From: Octopus sinensis
Lineage: Eukaryota
DNA: 64,000 nucleotides
Direction: 5' to 3'
Assembly (NCBI RefSeq): GCF_006345805.1
Contig: NW_021832385.1
Span: 1-64,000, forward strand
Every line of letters begins with the position of its first letter. Positions within the stretch are counted from its first letter, which is position 1. This document shows positions 1-13,590 of this stretch, piece by piece. The translations under genes were made by a program, and so were the position numbers. The notes beneath the pieces are model-generated. The model was not told the origin of the DNA, did no database searches, and saw only the letters and a list, made by a program, of their open reading frames with translations.

Positions 1-141
1 CATGCATACACGTATACACACATGTATATATACACACACGACCACACATACATATACGCACAGAAAAATATATATACACATACACACACACATACTCACA
101 TACACCATACACACACATATCCACACACACATGCACACATG
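1..141. repeat. (CA)/(TA)-rich compound microsatellite
   Basis: Degenerate CA/TA dinucleotide run. Confidence 0.9.
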
Positions 142-1295
142 TGTGGTACGGGTAATAAATGAGGTTTTTAAGTCGAGGGTGACATCAAGGAAGTTAGCTT
201 AGTTAAGTTGGATTCTAAGGTAATCCTAAGCCCTAGTTTTTAAAGAAGGTGTAAAGATTTTCCGGAACCCATCCGTGGTCCTGGGGTTTATTTTGTGGAG
301 GGCGAAAAGGCCGTCATCGCGGTAAAGACTACCGGAGAGGCCTGTGAATAGGGTTTTCAGCCTATGGAGGATGAAAAGGCCCACTAGGTCACTTATTTCA
401 GCAGAGTCGTTAGCACCCATGCTGACGTCGAAGGGGTCACAGATTTTTTGTTGATCCAGTGGGATCCGTCATAGAAAAGAAAAGTCTTACGTGCGTGGAG
501 GATCACATCTTGCTCGGCCTCGGTGGAAGACCTCCTGGCGAAGTTAATCGCGTCGATCAGCAAGCTCTCCGATATGGAGGCGTAGTAATCCTCGATATCC
601 AGTTGTAGGAATCGGGTGTTGCTTTTATCAGGTAAATCCCGGAACCAGGTTATTGCCTCGGAGGTCCTATTCCAGAGTGGAAGGGGTGAAGCTTCACGCA
701 TTTTTGGTAAAATCCTGTCCAGGATCTTCTTGCTGACGGATCCGATGTCAGACTTGGTTGGGTTAATCAAACGGACCGACGGTTTATTTTCGAAATGGTC
801 TTTGTGGTCTTTCAGGGTGAAGTGTGGGGACTTCACCCTCAGGGGTTCGGTTCGGTCATCGATTTTAAGGGAGGTGGAAATCTCTTTCCCGGCTAAATTG
901 GTTTCAGTTAGCGCTGCGTCGTCTACTTTCTTGTACTTAGCTGTGATGGCGTTATCGGCTAGTCTGTTGTAGGTATCCGGAGTCACCGCGTAAATATTTT
1001 TTGTCTTGTCCGAAGGGACATGGAGGTTCTGGGAGCTTTTCATTTTCGAAAGCTTCTCATTCAGTTCCGTTTGGAAAGGTAGGTTGACTCTCCTGAATTT
1101 GATGTTTTTTATCATGAGGAAGAGGTCTTCTTCAAACGGTTCAAGTAGGCTGTTGGTAGGAGGGGCCTTATTTGATTTGAAGCCGTACTTATCATTACTG
1201 GTAGATGCTACATCAGGATGGTCGAAGAAGAACGATCTCCATCGAATTCTTTTGATGAACTCATCAGTCCGTCTAATGAGGGCTTTTTGGTACTT
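142..1295 (-). mobile_element. Penelope-like element RT, truncated inverted copy of 4330-5480
   Basis: ORF 393..1355 has PLE RT motifs (SDKTKNIY, TLKDHKDHF, RLINPTKSDIG, QLDIEDYY). ORF 226..420 has MGANDSAEISDLVG and LYRDD. The stretch is the reverse complement of 4330-5480. Confidence 0.92.
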
Positions 1296-1448
1296 ATGTG
1301 TATATATGGATGCGCGCGCGCGTGTGTGTGTGTGTGTATGGGTACGCATGTACATGTGTATGTGCGTGTAGTTTGTAATCTATATGTATATGGTTGTGTA
1401 TGCGTATGTGGTGTATATATATATAGTATATATATGTGTAATATGTGA

Positions 1449-1484
<36 letters not shown>

Positions 1485-1669
1485 ATATAAAAGGGCTTAG
1501 TAAAATAAATACTTGCCGCATACTGAACTCATTAGAAATAGCAGCTAAAAAACTTTTTTAAAGCTATTTCTAATACTTAAAGAAAATCTCTCTCATATAT
1601 AGTGTTGCTTAATTCAACTCACAAAAGTTTGGGGGTAAGGACATCGAAAAATCAAATGCTAAGGTTATT

Positions 1670-1720
1670 TGAGAACGTACGTTCAAGATTAGTCAAAAAC
1701 AACACTTCATCATCAGCTCA
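1670..1720 (-). ncRNA. Type I hammerhead ribozyme, family A (one A missing from GAAA)
   Basis: Minus strand reads tgag-CTGATGA-stem II-GAA-CGTACG-TT-ctca. Confidence 0.65.
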
Positions 1721-2217
1721 GAAATTCCTTGGTTTGGATTTGGAAACACTGAAAATAAGAACATACCCTTTCGAGATCTGCTCGTAACTAACAGTGTCAA
1801 CAAATTCAAATAAGCAAGCGAAGAATCTCTGTTCTCGCCTTTCCACCAGCGTGGGTTAAAATCATCAAACACTATGCTTATTTCGGTAAAATCCGAAGCA
1901 TTAATCAGAGGAGAGATTAATTATAATTTCAACAATTGAGGGCAAAATTATTAATTATTAATCAATGTAATATTTCACCAGTGTTTCAAGTATGCAAAGG
2001 GACCATTCAAGGCGAATTCAAATTATTACATTATATAAAAGGGCTTAGTAAAATAAATTACTTTGCCGCATACTGAACTCATTAGAAATAGCAGCTAAAA
2101 AACTTTTTTAAAGCTATTTCTAATACTTAAAGAAAATCTCTCTCATATATAGTTTGCTTAATTCACTCACAAAAGTTTGGGGGTAAGGACATCGAAAAAT
2201 CAAATGCTAAGGTTATT

Positions 2218-2270
2218 TGAGAACGTACGTTTCAAGATTAGTCAAAAACAACACTTCTATCATCAGCTCA
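2218..2270 (-). ncRNA. Type I hammerhead ribozyme, family A
   Basis: Minus strand reads tgag-CTGATGA-26 nt-GAAA-CGTACG-TT-ctca. Stem I is tgag/ctca and stem III is the palindrome ACGTACGT. Confidence 0.82.
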
Positions 2271-2762
2271 GAAATTCCTTGGTTTGGATTTGGAAACACT
2301 GAAAATAAGAACATACCCTTTCGAAGATCTGCTCGTAACTAACAGTGTCAACAAATTCAAATAAGCAAGCGAAGAATCTCTGTTCTCCCCTTTCCACCAG
2401 CGTGGGTTAAAATCATCAAACACTATGCTTATTTCGGTAAAATCCGAAGCATTAATCAGAGGGAGATTAATTATAATTTCAACAATTGAGGGCAAAATTA
2501 ATTAATTATTAATCAATTTCACCAAGTGTTCAGTATGCAAAGGGACCATTCAAGGCGAATTCAAATTATTACATTATATAAAAGGGCTTAGTAAAATAAA
2601 TTACTTTGCCGCATACTGAACTCATTAGAAATAGCAGCTAAAAAACTTTTTTAAAGCTATTTCTAATACTTAAAGAAAATCTCTCTCATATATAGTGTTT
2701 GCTTAATTCAACTCACAAAAGTTTGGGGGTAAGGACATCGAAAAATCAAATGCTAAGGTTAT

Positions 2763-2815
2763 TGAGAACGTACGTTTCAAGATTAGTCAAAAACAACACT
2801 TCTATCATCAGCTCA
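2763..2815 (-). ncRNA. Type I hammerhead ribozyme, family A
   Basis: Same motif as 2218-2270. Confidence 0.82.
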
Positions 2816-3356
2816 GAAATTCCTTGGTTTGGATTTGGAAACACTGAAAATAAGAACATACCCTTCGAAGATCTGCTCGTAACTAACAGTGTCAACAAAT
2901 TCAAATAAGCAAGCGAAGAATCTCTGTTCTCCCCTTTCCACCAGCGTGGGTTAAAATCATCAAACACTATGCTTATTTCGGTAAAATCCGAAGCATTAAT
3001 CAGAGGGAGATTAATTATAATTTCAACAATTGAGGGCAAAATTAATTAATTATTAATCAATTTCACCAAGTGTTCAGTATGCATAATTAATGTATTAATT
3101 AATTAATTAATTAATGTATTAATTAATTAATTTTGCCCTCAATTGTTGAAATTATAATTAATCTCCCTCTGATTAATGCTTCGGATTTTACCGAAATAAG
3201 CATAGTGTTTGATGATTTTAACCCACGCTGGTGGAAAGGGGAGGAGAGACAGATTCTTCGCTTGCTTATTTGAATTTGTGACACTGTTAGTTACGAGCAG
3301 ATCTTCGAAAGGGTATGTTCTTATTCAGTGTTTCCAAATCCAAACCAAGGAATTTC

Positions 3357-3407
3357 TGAGCTGATGATGAAGTGTTTGTTTTGACTAATCTTGAAACGTA
3401 CGTCTCA
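3357..3407 (+). ncRNA. Type I hammerhead ribozyme, family A (1-nt deletion at the cleavage site)
   Basis: tgag-CTGATGA-...-GAAA-CGTACG-T-ctca. Confidence 0.65.
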
Positions 3408-3901
3408 AATAACCTTAGCATTTGATTTTCGATGTTCCTTACCCCCAAACTTTTGTGAGTTGAATTAAGCAAACACTTATATGAGAGAGATTTTCTTTAA
3501 GTATTAGAAATAGCTTTAAAAAAGTTTTTTTTTTAGCTGCTATTTCTAATGAGTTCAGTATGCGGCAAAGTAATTTATTTTACTAAGCCCTTTTTATAAT
3601 GTAATAATTTGAATTCGCCTTGAATGGTCCCTTTGCATACTGAACACTTGGTGTGAATTGATTAATAATTAATTAATTTTGCCCTCAATTGTTGAATTAT
3701 AATTATCTCCCTCTGATTAATGCTTCGGATTTTACCGAAATAAGCATAGTGTTTGATGATTTTAACCCACGCTGGTGGAAAGGGGAGAACAGAGATTCTT
3801 CGCTTGCTTATTTGAATTTGTTGACACTGTTAGTTACGAGCAGATCTTCGAAAGGGTATGTTCTTATTTTCAGTGTTTCCAAATCCAAACCAAGGAATTT
3901 C

Positions 3902-3954
3902 TGAGCTGATGATAGAAGTGTTGTTTTTGACTAATCTTGAAACGTACGTTCTCA
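3902..3954 (+). ncRNA. Type I hammerhead ribozyme, family A
   Basis: tgag CTGATGA tagaagtgttgtttttgactaatctt GAAA CGTACG TT ctca. Confidence 0.82.
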
Positions 3955-4136
3955 AATAACCTTAGCATTTGATTTTTCGATGTCCTTACCCCCAAACTTT
4001 TGTGAGTTGAATTAAGCAAACACTATATATGAGAGAGATTTTCTTTAAGTATTAGAAATAGCTTTAAAAAAGTTTTTTAGCTGCTATTTCTAATGAGTTC
4101 AGTATGCGGCAAAGTAATTATTTTACTAAGCCCTTT

Positions 4137-4181
<45 letters not shown>

Positions 4182-4329
4182 TCAATATATACACATATAT
4201 ATAATATATATATATACACACACATACGCATACACACACATATACATATATATACACTACACGCACATACACATGTACATGCGTACCCATACACACACAC
4301 ACACACGCGCGCGCGCATCCATATATACA

Positions 4330-6370
4330 CATAAGTACCAAAAAGCCCTCATTAGACGGACTGATGAGTTCATCAAAAGAATTCGATGGAGATCGTTCTT
4401 CTTCGACCATCCTGATGTAGCATCTACCAGTAATGATAAGTACGGCTTCAAATCAAATAAGGCCCCTCCTACCAACAGCCTACTTGAACCGTTTGAAGAA
4501 GACCTCTTCCTCATGAAAAAAACATCAATTCAGGAGAGTCAACCTACCTTTCCAAACGGAACTGAATGAGAAGCTTTCGAAAATGAAAAGCTCCCAGAAC
4601 CTCCATGTCCCTTCGGACAAGACAAAAAATATTTACGCGGTGACTCCGGATACCTACAACAGACTAGCCGATAACGCCATCACAGCTAAGTACAAGAAAG
4701 TAGACGACGCAGCGCTAACTGAAACCAATTTAGCCGGGAAAGAGATTTCCACCTCCCTTAAAATCGATGACCGAACCGAACCCCTGAGGGTGAAGTCCCC
4801 ACACTTCACCCTGAAAGACCACAAAGACCATTTCGAAAATAAACCGTCGGTCCGTTTGATTAACCCAACCAAGTCTGACATCGGATCCGTCAGCAAGAAG
4901 ATCCTGGACAGGATTTTACCAAAAATGCGTGAAGCTTCACCCCTTCCACTCTGGAATAGGACCTCCGAGGCAATAACCTGGTTCGGGATTTACCTGATAA
5001 AAGCAACACCCGATTCCTACAACTGGATATCGAGGATTACTACGCCTCCATATCGGAGAGCTTGCTGATCGACGCGATTAACTTCGCCAGGAGGTCTTCA
5101 CCGAGGCCGAGCAAGATGTGATCCTCCACGCACGTAAGACTTTTCTTTTCTATGACGGATCCCACTGGATCAACAAAAAATCTGTGACCCCTTCGACGTC
5201 AGCATGGGTGCTAACGACTCTGCTGAAATAAGTGACTAGTGGGCCTTTTCATCCTCCATAGGCTGAAAACCTATTCACAGGCCTCTCCGGTAGTCTTTAC
5301 CGCGATGACGGCCTTTTCGCCCTCCACAAATAAACCCCAGGACCACGGATGGGTTCCGGAAAAATCTTTACACCTTCTTAAAAACTTAGGCCTTAGGATT
5401 ACCTTAGAATCCAACTTAACTAAAGCTAACTTCCTTGATGTCACCCTCGACTTAAAAACCTCACTTATTACCCGTACCACAAACCGAATGAATCCCTTAA
5501 ATATATAGATATTAATCCAACCACCCCCAAAATATATTAGATAACCTAGTAAAAAGTGTCTCAATTAGAATTTCTAGCCTGTCCGCCACGGAAGATATCT
5601 TTAAGGCCGCAGCCCCCTATTACAACGAGGCCCTGGCCCGCAGGCTTCAAAGATAAGATTACCTATACTAGTATAGCCCCACGCCAACCCAGGAAAAATA
5701 GACGAAGACACATTAGCTGGTACAACCGTGAGGTCGCTACACTGTAGAAAAATCTTCTTCACTCTCCTACAGAAACACTTCCCCACCCAACATAAGTACT
5801 ACACTATCCTAAATAAGAACACTATTAGACTCTCCTACTCTACCACGCCCAATCTAGCCAGGAACCTAGCCAACAACAATGTGAAAAACTTAACATATCT
5901 ACTTTTTCCGAGCCCCATCCAACGTCCGATAGCAATTGCAACTGCCCTGATAAAACCACCTGCCCCCTCAACAACAACTGCCTACAGAGGGACCTAGTAT
6001 ATACATGCGAGGTAAGATCAGGCCCTGACGATAAAAGAAAATCCTACATCGAATGACGTCAAACAGCTTTAAGACCCGTTGGTACGCACACACACACTCG
6101 TTCCGGCGACAGGAAAATCCAACCAAACTACCCTCGCCGGCACATCTGGTACCTTAAAAGGAACTCCATCCCCTTCAAGACCAAGTGGAAACTACTACAG
6201 AAGGCGCGCTCGTACACAGGAGGCCATACTGCTGTGACCTCTGCATATCGGAGAGCCTAGAGATCTTGTTCGCCAAAGGCCCTCTCTTAACAAAATCTCA
6301 GAACACTCCCAAATTGTATGCATAAGAAGTATGCGAACTACAAGAACTATAGACCTACCCGGCAACCAGA
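4330..6370 (+). mobile_element. Penelope-like element ORF (RT + C-terminal GIY-YIG endonuclease), frameshifted; possibly Hydra-type clade
   Basis: RT motifs lie across ORFs 4273, 4583 and 5239 (NFLDVTLDL). From ~5933 the DNA reads NCNCPDKTTCPLNNNCLQRDLVYTCEV...SYI.MTSNSFKTRWYAH (Cys linker + GIY-YIG). The N-terminus abuts a CA/TA microsatellite. The clade call is inference. Confidence 0.9.
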
Positions 6371-6444
6371 TTGATGACACCCCCCCCAAATCCCACCGTT
6401 CCCCTAGCACCCCCGATTACCTTTTCTCCTAAGACCTTTCACAT

Positions 6445-7224
<780 letters not shown>

Positions 7225-7239
7225 TTATTATATAGAAGG

Positions 7240-7289
7240 AGCTTCTACAGGACTAGAACTGTTTCATTCAAGAGAATCTTCAGGAAGCT
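7240..7289 (-). ncRNA. Type I hammerhead ribozyme, family D
   Basis: Minus strand reads agcttc-CTGAAGA-ttctcttgaat-GAAA-cagttctagtcctg-TA-gaagct. Confidence 0.82.
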
Positions 7290-7575
7290 AGTTAACAAGA
7301 ATTGTATTGGCATTTATACATTTAGGCAGGTTTAACGGGGTGTTGGTGGGGGACTTTTTTGGGGTAGGCATAGCGCAAAATATCATACTTGGGGGAGTGG
7401 TCAAGGAGTCAGTGTTAAATTAGATAGACGTCAAACTAATATCTAATTTAACACTGACTCCTTGACCACTCCCCCAAGTATGATATTTTGCGCTATGCCT
7501 ACCCCCAAAAAGTCCCCCACAACACCCCGTTAAACCTGCCTAAATGTATAAATGCCAATACAATTCTTGTTAACT

Positions 7576-7626
7576 AGCTTCCTGAAGATTTCTCTTGAAT
7601 GAAACAGTTCTAGTCCTGTAGAAGCT
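7576..7626 (+). ncRNA. Type I hammerhead ribozyme, family D
   Basis: agcttc CTGAAGA tttctcttgaat GAAA cag-ttctagtc-ctg TA gaagct. Stem I is 6 bp, stem III is 4 bp, and the cleavage triplet is GUA. Confidence 0.88.
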
Positions 7627-8093
7627 CCTTCTATATAATAAATTAATTTTACTCTGCTATGTATTGAGTACCTTATTTACTGTGCTTAACCCCGAATCAA
7701 CCCGGGACCTACATATATATATATATATGCATATATGTATGTGTGTGTATATGTGTATTATGTATGTGTATGTTTATATATATGTATGTATATGTATATG
7801 TATGTGTGTGTGTATATGTATATATGTGTATATATATGAGTGTACGCGAGTATGTCGATGTATATGTAGGTATGTAGAGTTATGTATGTGCAGGTATGTG
7901 AGTGTAGATACAAATTGTAGATGTGTATATATATGTATGTGTATATATACATGTATATAGGTATATGTATGTGTGTGTATATATATATATATATATATGT
8001 ATATGCGAGTATGTAGAGATATAAGTATGTGCATGTGTATATGTATATGTGTGTATATATATGTATGGGTATGTGTATGTGTATGTATGTATG

Positions 8094-8128
<35 letters not shown>

Positions 8129-8285
8129 GTATGCATATACGTATGTATGTATGTATGTATGTATATGTGTATGTATATATGTGTGTAAGTGTGTGTATAT
8201 ATGTAAATGTAAGTGTGTGTGCTTGTATGAGAATGTATGTATGTTTGCACACATGTATATATGTGTGTGTATGTGTATATGTATA

Positions 8286-8332
<47 letters not shown>

Positions 8333-8608
8333 ATGTGTATGTATATATATATGTGTATGTGTGTGTGTATACATGTGTGTATGTGTATGTATGTATGTAT
8401 ATATATGCGTGTGTATGTGTATGTGTATATGTACATATACGCGTACGCTCGTGTGTTTATGTATATGTAGGTACGTAGAGTTATCTATGTGTGTATTTAT
8501 ATGTACATGTGTGTAAGTATGTATATATATGTATATATGTATGTGTATGTGTGTGTATATATATATGTATGTATATGTGTATGTGTATGTGATGTGTATG
8601 TGTAATAG

Positions 8609-8654
<46 letters not shown>

Positions 8655-8896
8655 ATATATATATGTGTGTAAGTTTAACGTATGTATCCGTCTATATATA
8701 GGTAACTGCACGTACATATATTAATATTTATTATTTATTTTTTGAGTATGCATGTAAGTATGAATATAAGGAGGCGCGTGTGTGGGTGTGTGTATGCGTA
8801 CGCATGTACATGTGTATGTGCGTGTAGTGTATATATATGTATATGTGGGTGTATGCGTATGTGTGTATAATATGTATATATATGTGTATATATATG

Positions 8897-8942
<46 letters not shown>

Positions 8943-9346
8943 ATGTATGTAGGTGTATATGTATGTGTGTGTATTTATATTTATTGGTGTATATATATAG
9001 ACTAGCCTTCTAAGAGTGTAGACATGAATTGTAGGTACGCGTACGTATGTGTATATACGTGAATGTATGTAGATGTATGTATGTATGAATATAACGCGTG
9101 CGTGCGTGTATGTGTATGAGTGTACGAATGAGTGAGTGTACGTGCTAAAGAGTGTGCGTGAGTGAATGAGTGCTTGTTTTCCAGAGAAGAGATAAATGGA
9201 CTGGCTGTCATAGCCAGATGTTTGTGACCAAGCGGCCAAGATATAACAAAAGTAATAAACGAAGATAATAAAATTAAAATTAGGGAATGGGTCTGTATTT
9301 GTATGTGTATATATATGTGTGTATGTGTAGGTATGCATAGGTACAC

Positions 9347-9386
<40 letters not shown>

Positions 9387-9995
9387 ATATGTATGTATGT
9401 GTGTGTATATGTGTGTGTAGTGTATATATGTGTATATAGGGACTAGTGTGCTGTGTGTGCATGTGTGTGTGTGGATATGTGGTGTGTATGCGTGTATGTG
9501 AGTATGTGTGTGTAGTGTATATATATTTTTCTGTGCGTATATGTATGTGTGGTCGTGTGTGTATATATACATGTGTGTATACGTGTATGCATGTGAGTGT
9601 GTGTATGTATACATATATGTGTATGTGTAGATATGTATATGTATGTGTATGTGTAAGTGTATATTATGTATATATATGTGGTGTATGTATGTGTGTATGA
9701 TATGTATATATGTTTGTATGTGTGTGTATGTATGTATACATGTGTGCATAGGTATAAGTGAGAATCTCCTTATTTACCTAAAACTCTATTCCCCTTTTTT
9801 TTTTTATATATATAGATTTTTTAATTTTTTAATTTTTTAATTTTTTTATTTATTCTTCTATCTAATTTAACACTGACTCCTTGACCACTCCCCCAAGTAT
9901 GATATTTTGCGCTATGCCTACCCCCAAAAAGTCCCCCACCAACACCCCTTTAAACCTGCCTAAATGTATAAATGCCAATACAATTCTTGTTAACT

Positions 9996-10046
9996 AGCTT
10001 CCTGAAGATTTCTCTTGAATGAAACAGTTCTAGTCCTGTAGAAGCT
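9996..10046 (+). ncRNA. Type I hammerhead ribozyme, family D
   Basis: Identical to 7576-7626. Confidence 0.88.
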
Positions 10047-10146
10047 CCTTCTATATAATAAATATATATATATATAAATAAATAAATATATATATATATA
10101 CATATATATGATATATATATATATATATCATATATATATATATATG

Positions 10147-10182
<36 letters not shown>

Positions 10183-10219
10183 TATATATATATATGATAT
10201 ATATATATATATATATAGT

Positions 10220-10230
<11 letters not shown>

Positions 10231-10255
<25 letters not shown>

Positions 10256-11230
10256 ATTTGGCTCAAAAGCAACTAGCAAGGCCATGTCGGGGGACATGGA
10301 GCTAAGCACAGGGTGGTGTTCATGTAAAGAGTTCAGGCCACTTGAGGTCCAGGGAGGCTTTGAACAAAGCGGTCGTCGGCATCTTCACCATCTCGTCTGG
10401 CAGCTTGTTCCACGGATTCGCAACCCGGACGGAGAAAGCTCCTCTCCTTCGATTGAGATGAAATCGTCGCAGGTAGAGCTTTTCGGAATGACCCCGCAGC
10501 CGATGCTCTGGAGCAGGAGTGAAGAACAGCTCTTTCGAGAGGTTACACTTTCCGCTTATGATGTTGTGGGCGAGAATGAGATCACCACGGCGGCGGCGTT
10601 TTTCAAGAGAATAAAGGTTGAGCGTCCTCAGCCTTTCTTCGTAGGACAAATTTTTGAGACCGTGAACCATGCGGGTAGCCAGCTTCTGGACTCTTTCGAG
10701 ATGCTGTATGTCTTTGAGGAGATAAGGAGAAGAGGCTTGAATCCCATACTCAATATGGGTCTCACCAGCGTGACATAGAGTGGTAGGAATATGGCTGCTG
10801 TGAGCATTCCGAATGACCGCGAATCAAGACAGAATTCCGCGTGCTTGTTGGCAGCATGGACGCACTGAGCCGAAGGCGAAAAGGAGGAATCCACCAACAT
10901 ACCCAGGTCCTTTACCTGATCGGTCTCTCCAGCAGCAGACGACCGGCCCGAAATCAAGTTGAGTTGCAGGAGTAGAGCCGACAGGCAGATGACAGCACTT
11001 TGACACGTTCAGACACAGGTCCCAATCGTTAGACCACTTCCAAATTTGTGGAGGCATCGACGAAGATCCTCTATATTACCGCGAGGAGCGACCAGTTTGA
11101 TATCGTCGGCAAATAGAAGGGTGTGTTGTGTGAGGTCGTCGGGCAAGTCATTTATGAAGACTAAGAACAACAAGGGCCCAAGCACTGAACCTTGAGGCAC
11201 GCCACTGCTCGCACTGGAGATGTCGGACCG
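10231..11230 (-). mobile_element. 5'-truncated CR1-type LINE (RT C-terminal part, 3' UTR, (CTAA)n tail)
   Basis: [22 protein letters not shown], and LSYEERLRTLNLYSLEKRRRRGDLI...LRGH...FSVRVANPWNKLP. Tandem tail at 10231-10254. Confidence 0.92.
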
Positions 11231-11253
11231 CGAATAATATATATATATAGATA

Positions 11254-11321
<68 letters not shown>

Positions 11322-11466
11322 TATAATATATAATAATATATATTGATATATATATATGTATACATATATGATATATAATATATATATACATATATGAGAT
11401 ATATATATATATATATGATATAATATATGTATATTGATATATATATATATATTATATATATATTAT

Positions 11467-11509
<43 letters not shown>

Positions 11510-11804
11510 ATAGTTATCCGTAATAATGAAGGGTGAAATTAATTAATTTGAAAAATTATCAATTACACCAAGTAGTCTTCGGCATGTAAAAGCCTCATTC
11601 GAGGAAAATTTAAGTAATACTAAGCAATAAGGGTTTAGCAACGAGTTGCCTTACCACATACCGAATTTAGAAATAGCAGTCAAAGGTTATAGCTATTTCT
11701 TCCACTAAAAAGGGAGATCTCAGTAAAAACAGCATTTGGAAGGCAGACACAACAGGTAAGAGAGAATGAATTGACTGCAATCTATCATACATTTTTTTAG
11801 TTAT

Positions 11805-11909
11805 CCACGGACGTACGTTTCGAAATCAAGTTTTAAGGAAAGCATAAGAATTAAATATTAAATATTAAATAATTCTATCTTACCGAAACTTCTTTTCTCT
11901 TCAGCGTAG
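11805..11909 (-). ncRNA. Type I hammerhead ribozyme, family B
   Basis: Reverse complement of 12998-13102. Confidence 0.85.
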
Positions 11910-12400
11910 AATATATAATCATAAATGATTATATATTGAATTTTGAGATACCAGAAGGCACCAACTCAACTCAGTATCAGAGCGAGCTAGAATCCGCAAC
12001 TGGTATCACCGAATTCAATTTGTGAATGAAACGATTGTGTCAACAGCCCCTTCCACCCGCGTGTAGCCAAAACAAGATGCTGTGGTCATCTACTGAGATA
12101 AAATATGGTTATCCGTAATAATGAAGGGTGAAATTAATTAATTTGGAAAAATTATCAATTACACCAAGTAGTCTTCGCATGTAAAAGCCTCATTCGAGGA
12201 AAATTAAGTAATACTAAGCAATAAGGGTTTAGCAACGAGTTGCCTTACCACATACCGAATTTAGAAATAGCAGTCAAAGGGTTATAGCTATTTCTTCCAC
12301 TAAAAAGGGAGATCTCAGTAAAAACAGCATTTGGAAGGCAGACAAAAACAGGTAAGAGAGAATGAATTGACTGCAATCTATCATACATTTTTTTAGTTAT

Positions 12401-12504
12401 CCACGGACGTACGTTTCGAAATCAAGTTTTAAGGAAGCATAAGAATTAAATATTAAATATTAAATAATTCTATCTTACCGAAACTTCTTTTCTCTTCAGC
12501 GTAG
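12401..12504 (-). ncRNA. Type I hammerhead ribozyme, family B
   Basis: Reverse complement of 12998-13102. Confidence 0.85.
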
Positions 12505-12997
12505 AATACTATAATCATAAATGATTATATATTGAATTTTGAGATACCAGAAGGCACCAACTCAACTCAGTATCAGAGCGAGCTAGAATCCGCAACTGGT
12601 ATCACCGAATTCAATTTGTGAATGAAACGATTGTGTCAACAGCCCCTTCCCACCCGCGTGTAAGGCAACTCGTTGCTAAACCCTTATTGCTTAGTATTAC
12701 TTAAATTTTCCTCGAATGAGGCTTTTACATGCCGAAGACTACTTGGTGTAATTGATAATTTTTCCAAATTAATTAATTTCACCCTTCATTATTACGGATA
12801 ACCATATTTTATCTCAGTAGATGACCACAGCATCTTGTTTTGGCTACACGCGGTGGGAAGGGGCTGTTGACACAATCGTTTCATTCACAAATTGATTCGG
12901 TGATACCAGTTGCGGATTCTAGCTCGCTCTGATACTGAGTTGAGTTGGTGCCTTCTGGTATCTCAAAATTCAATAATATATTTTAGATTATAGTATT

Positions 12998-13102
12998 CTA
13001 CGCTGAAGAGAAAAGAAGTTTCGGTAAGATAGAATTATTTAATATTTAATATTTAATTCTTATGCTTTCCTTAAAACTTGATTTCGAAACGTACGTCCGT
13101 GG
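12998..13102 (+). ncRNA. Type I hammerhead ribozyme, family B (76-nt stem II)
   Basis: ctacg CTGAAGA gaaa..aagttt...gaatta...taattc...aaactt..tttc GAAA CGTACG TC cgtgg. The cleavage triplet is GUC. Confidence 0.87.
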
Positions 13103-13590
13103 ATAACTAAAAATGTATATAGATTGCAGTCAATTCATTCTCTTTACCTGTTTGTGTCTGCCTTCCAAATGCTTTTTTTACTGAGATCTCCCTTTTTAGT
13201 GGAAGAAATAGCTATAACCCTTTGACTGCTATTTCTAAATTCGGTATGTGGTAAGGCAACTCGTTGCTAAACCTTATTGCTTAGTATTACTTAAATTTTC
13301 CTCGAATGAGGCTTTTACATGCCGAAGACTACTTGGTGTAATTGATAATTTTTCCAAATTATTAATTTCACCCTTCATTATTACGGATAACCATATTTTA
13401 TCTCAGTAGATGACCACAGCATCTTGTTTTGGCTACACGCGGGTGGGAAGGGGCTGTGACACAATCGTTTCATTCACAAATTGAATTCGGTGATACCAGT
13501 TGCGGATTCTAGCTCGCTCTGATACTGAGTTGAGTTGGTGCCTTCTGGTATCTCAAAATTCAATATATAATCATTTATGATTATAGTATT

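Larger units (their letters stand above)
1481..3083 (-). repeat. Tandem array A, left arm: about 2.9 copies of a ~545 bp monomer, one hammerhead per monomer
   Basis: The same landmarks recur at 1670, 2218 and 2763 (spacing 548 and 545). Confidence 0.95.
3119..4141 (+). repeat. Tandem array A, right (inverted) arm: about 1.9 monomers
   Basis: Reverse complement of the left-arm monomer. An AT-only spacer at about 3084-3118 forms the inversion centre. Confidence 0.95.
7225..10062 (+). mobile_element. Non-autonomous PLE/retrozyme-like element D: inverted repeat + repeat, ~2.2 kb TG/TA-rich spacer, direct repeat
   Basis: A ~200 bp unit occurs at 7225-7426 (minus), 7440-7641 (plus) and ~9859-10061 (plus), each with a hammerhead. 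No real ORF. Confidence 0.75.

Noticed and set aside
1602-3904. 60-97 aa ORFs inside array A monomers
   Set aside because: Frames differ between near-identical monomers and there are no recognisable motifs.
6025-6060. CTGACGA word in PLE A (another at ~16727 in LINE ORF1)
   Set aside because: Both lie inside coding sequence, with no paired stem II plus GAAA/stem I arrangement.
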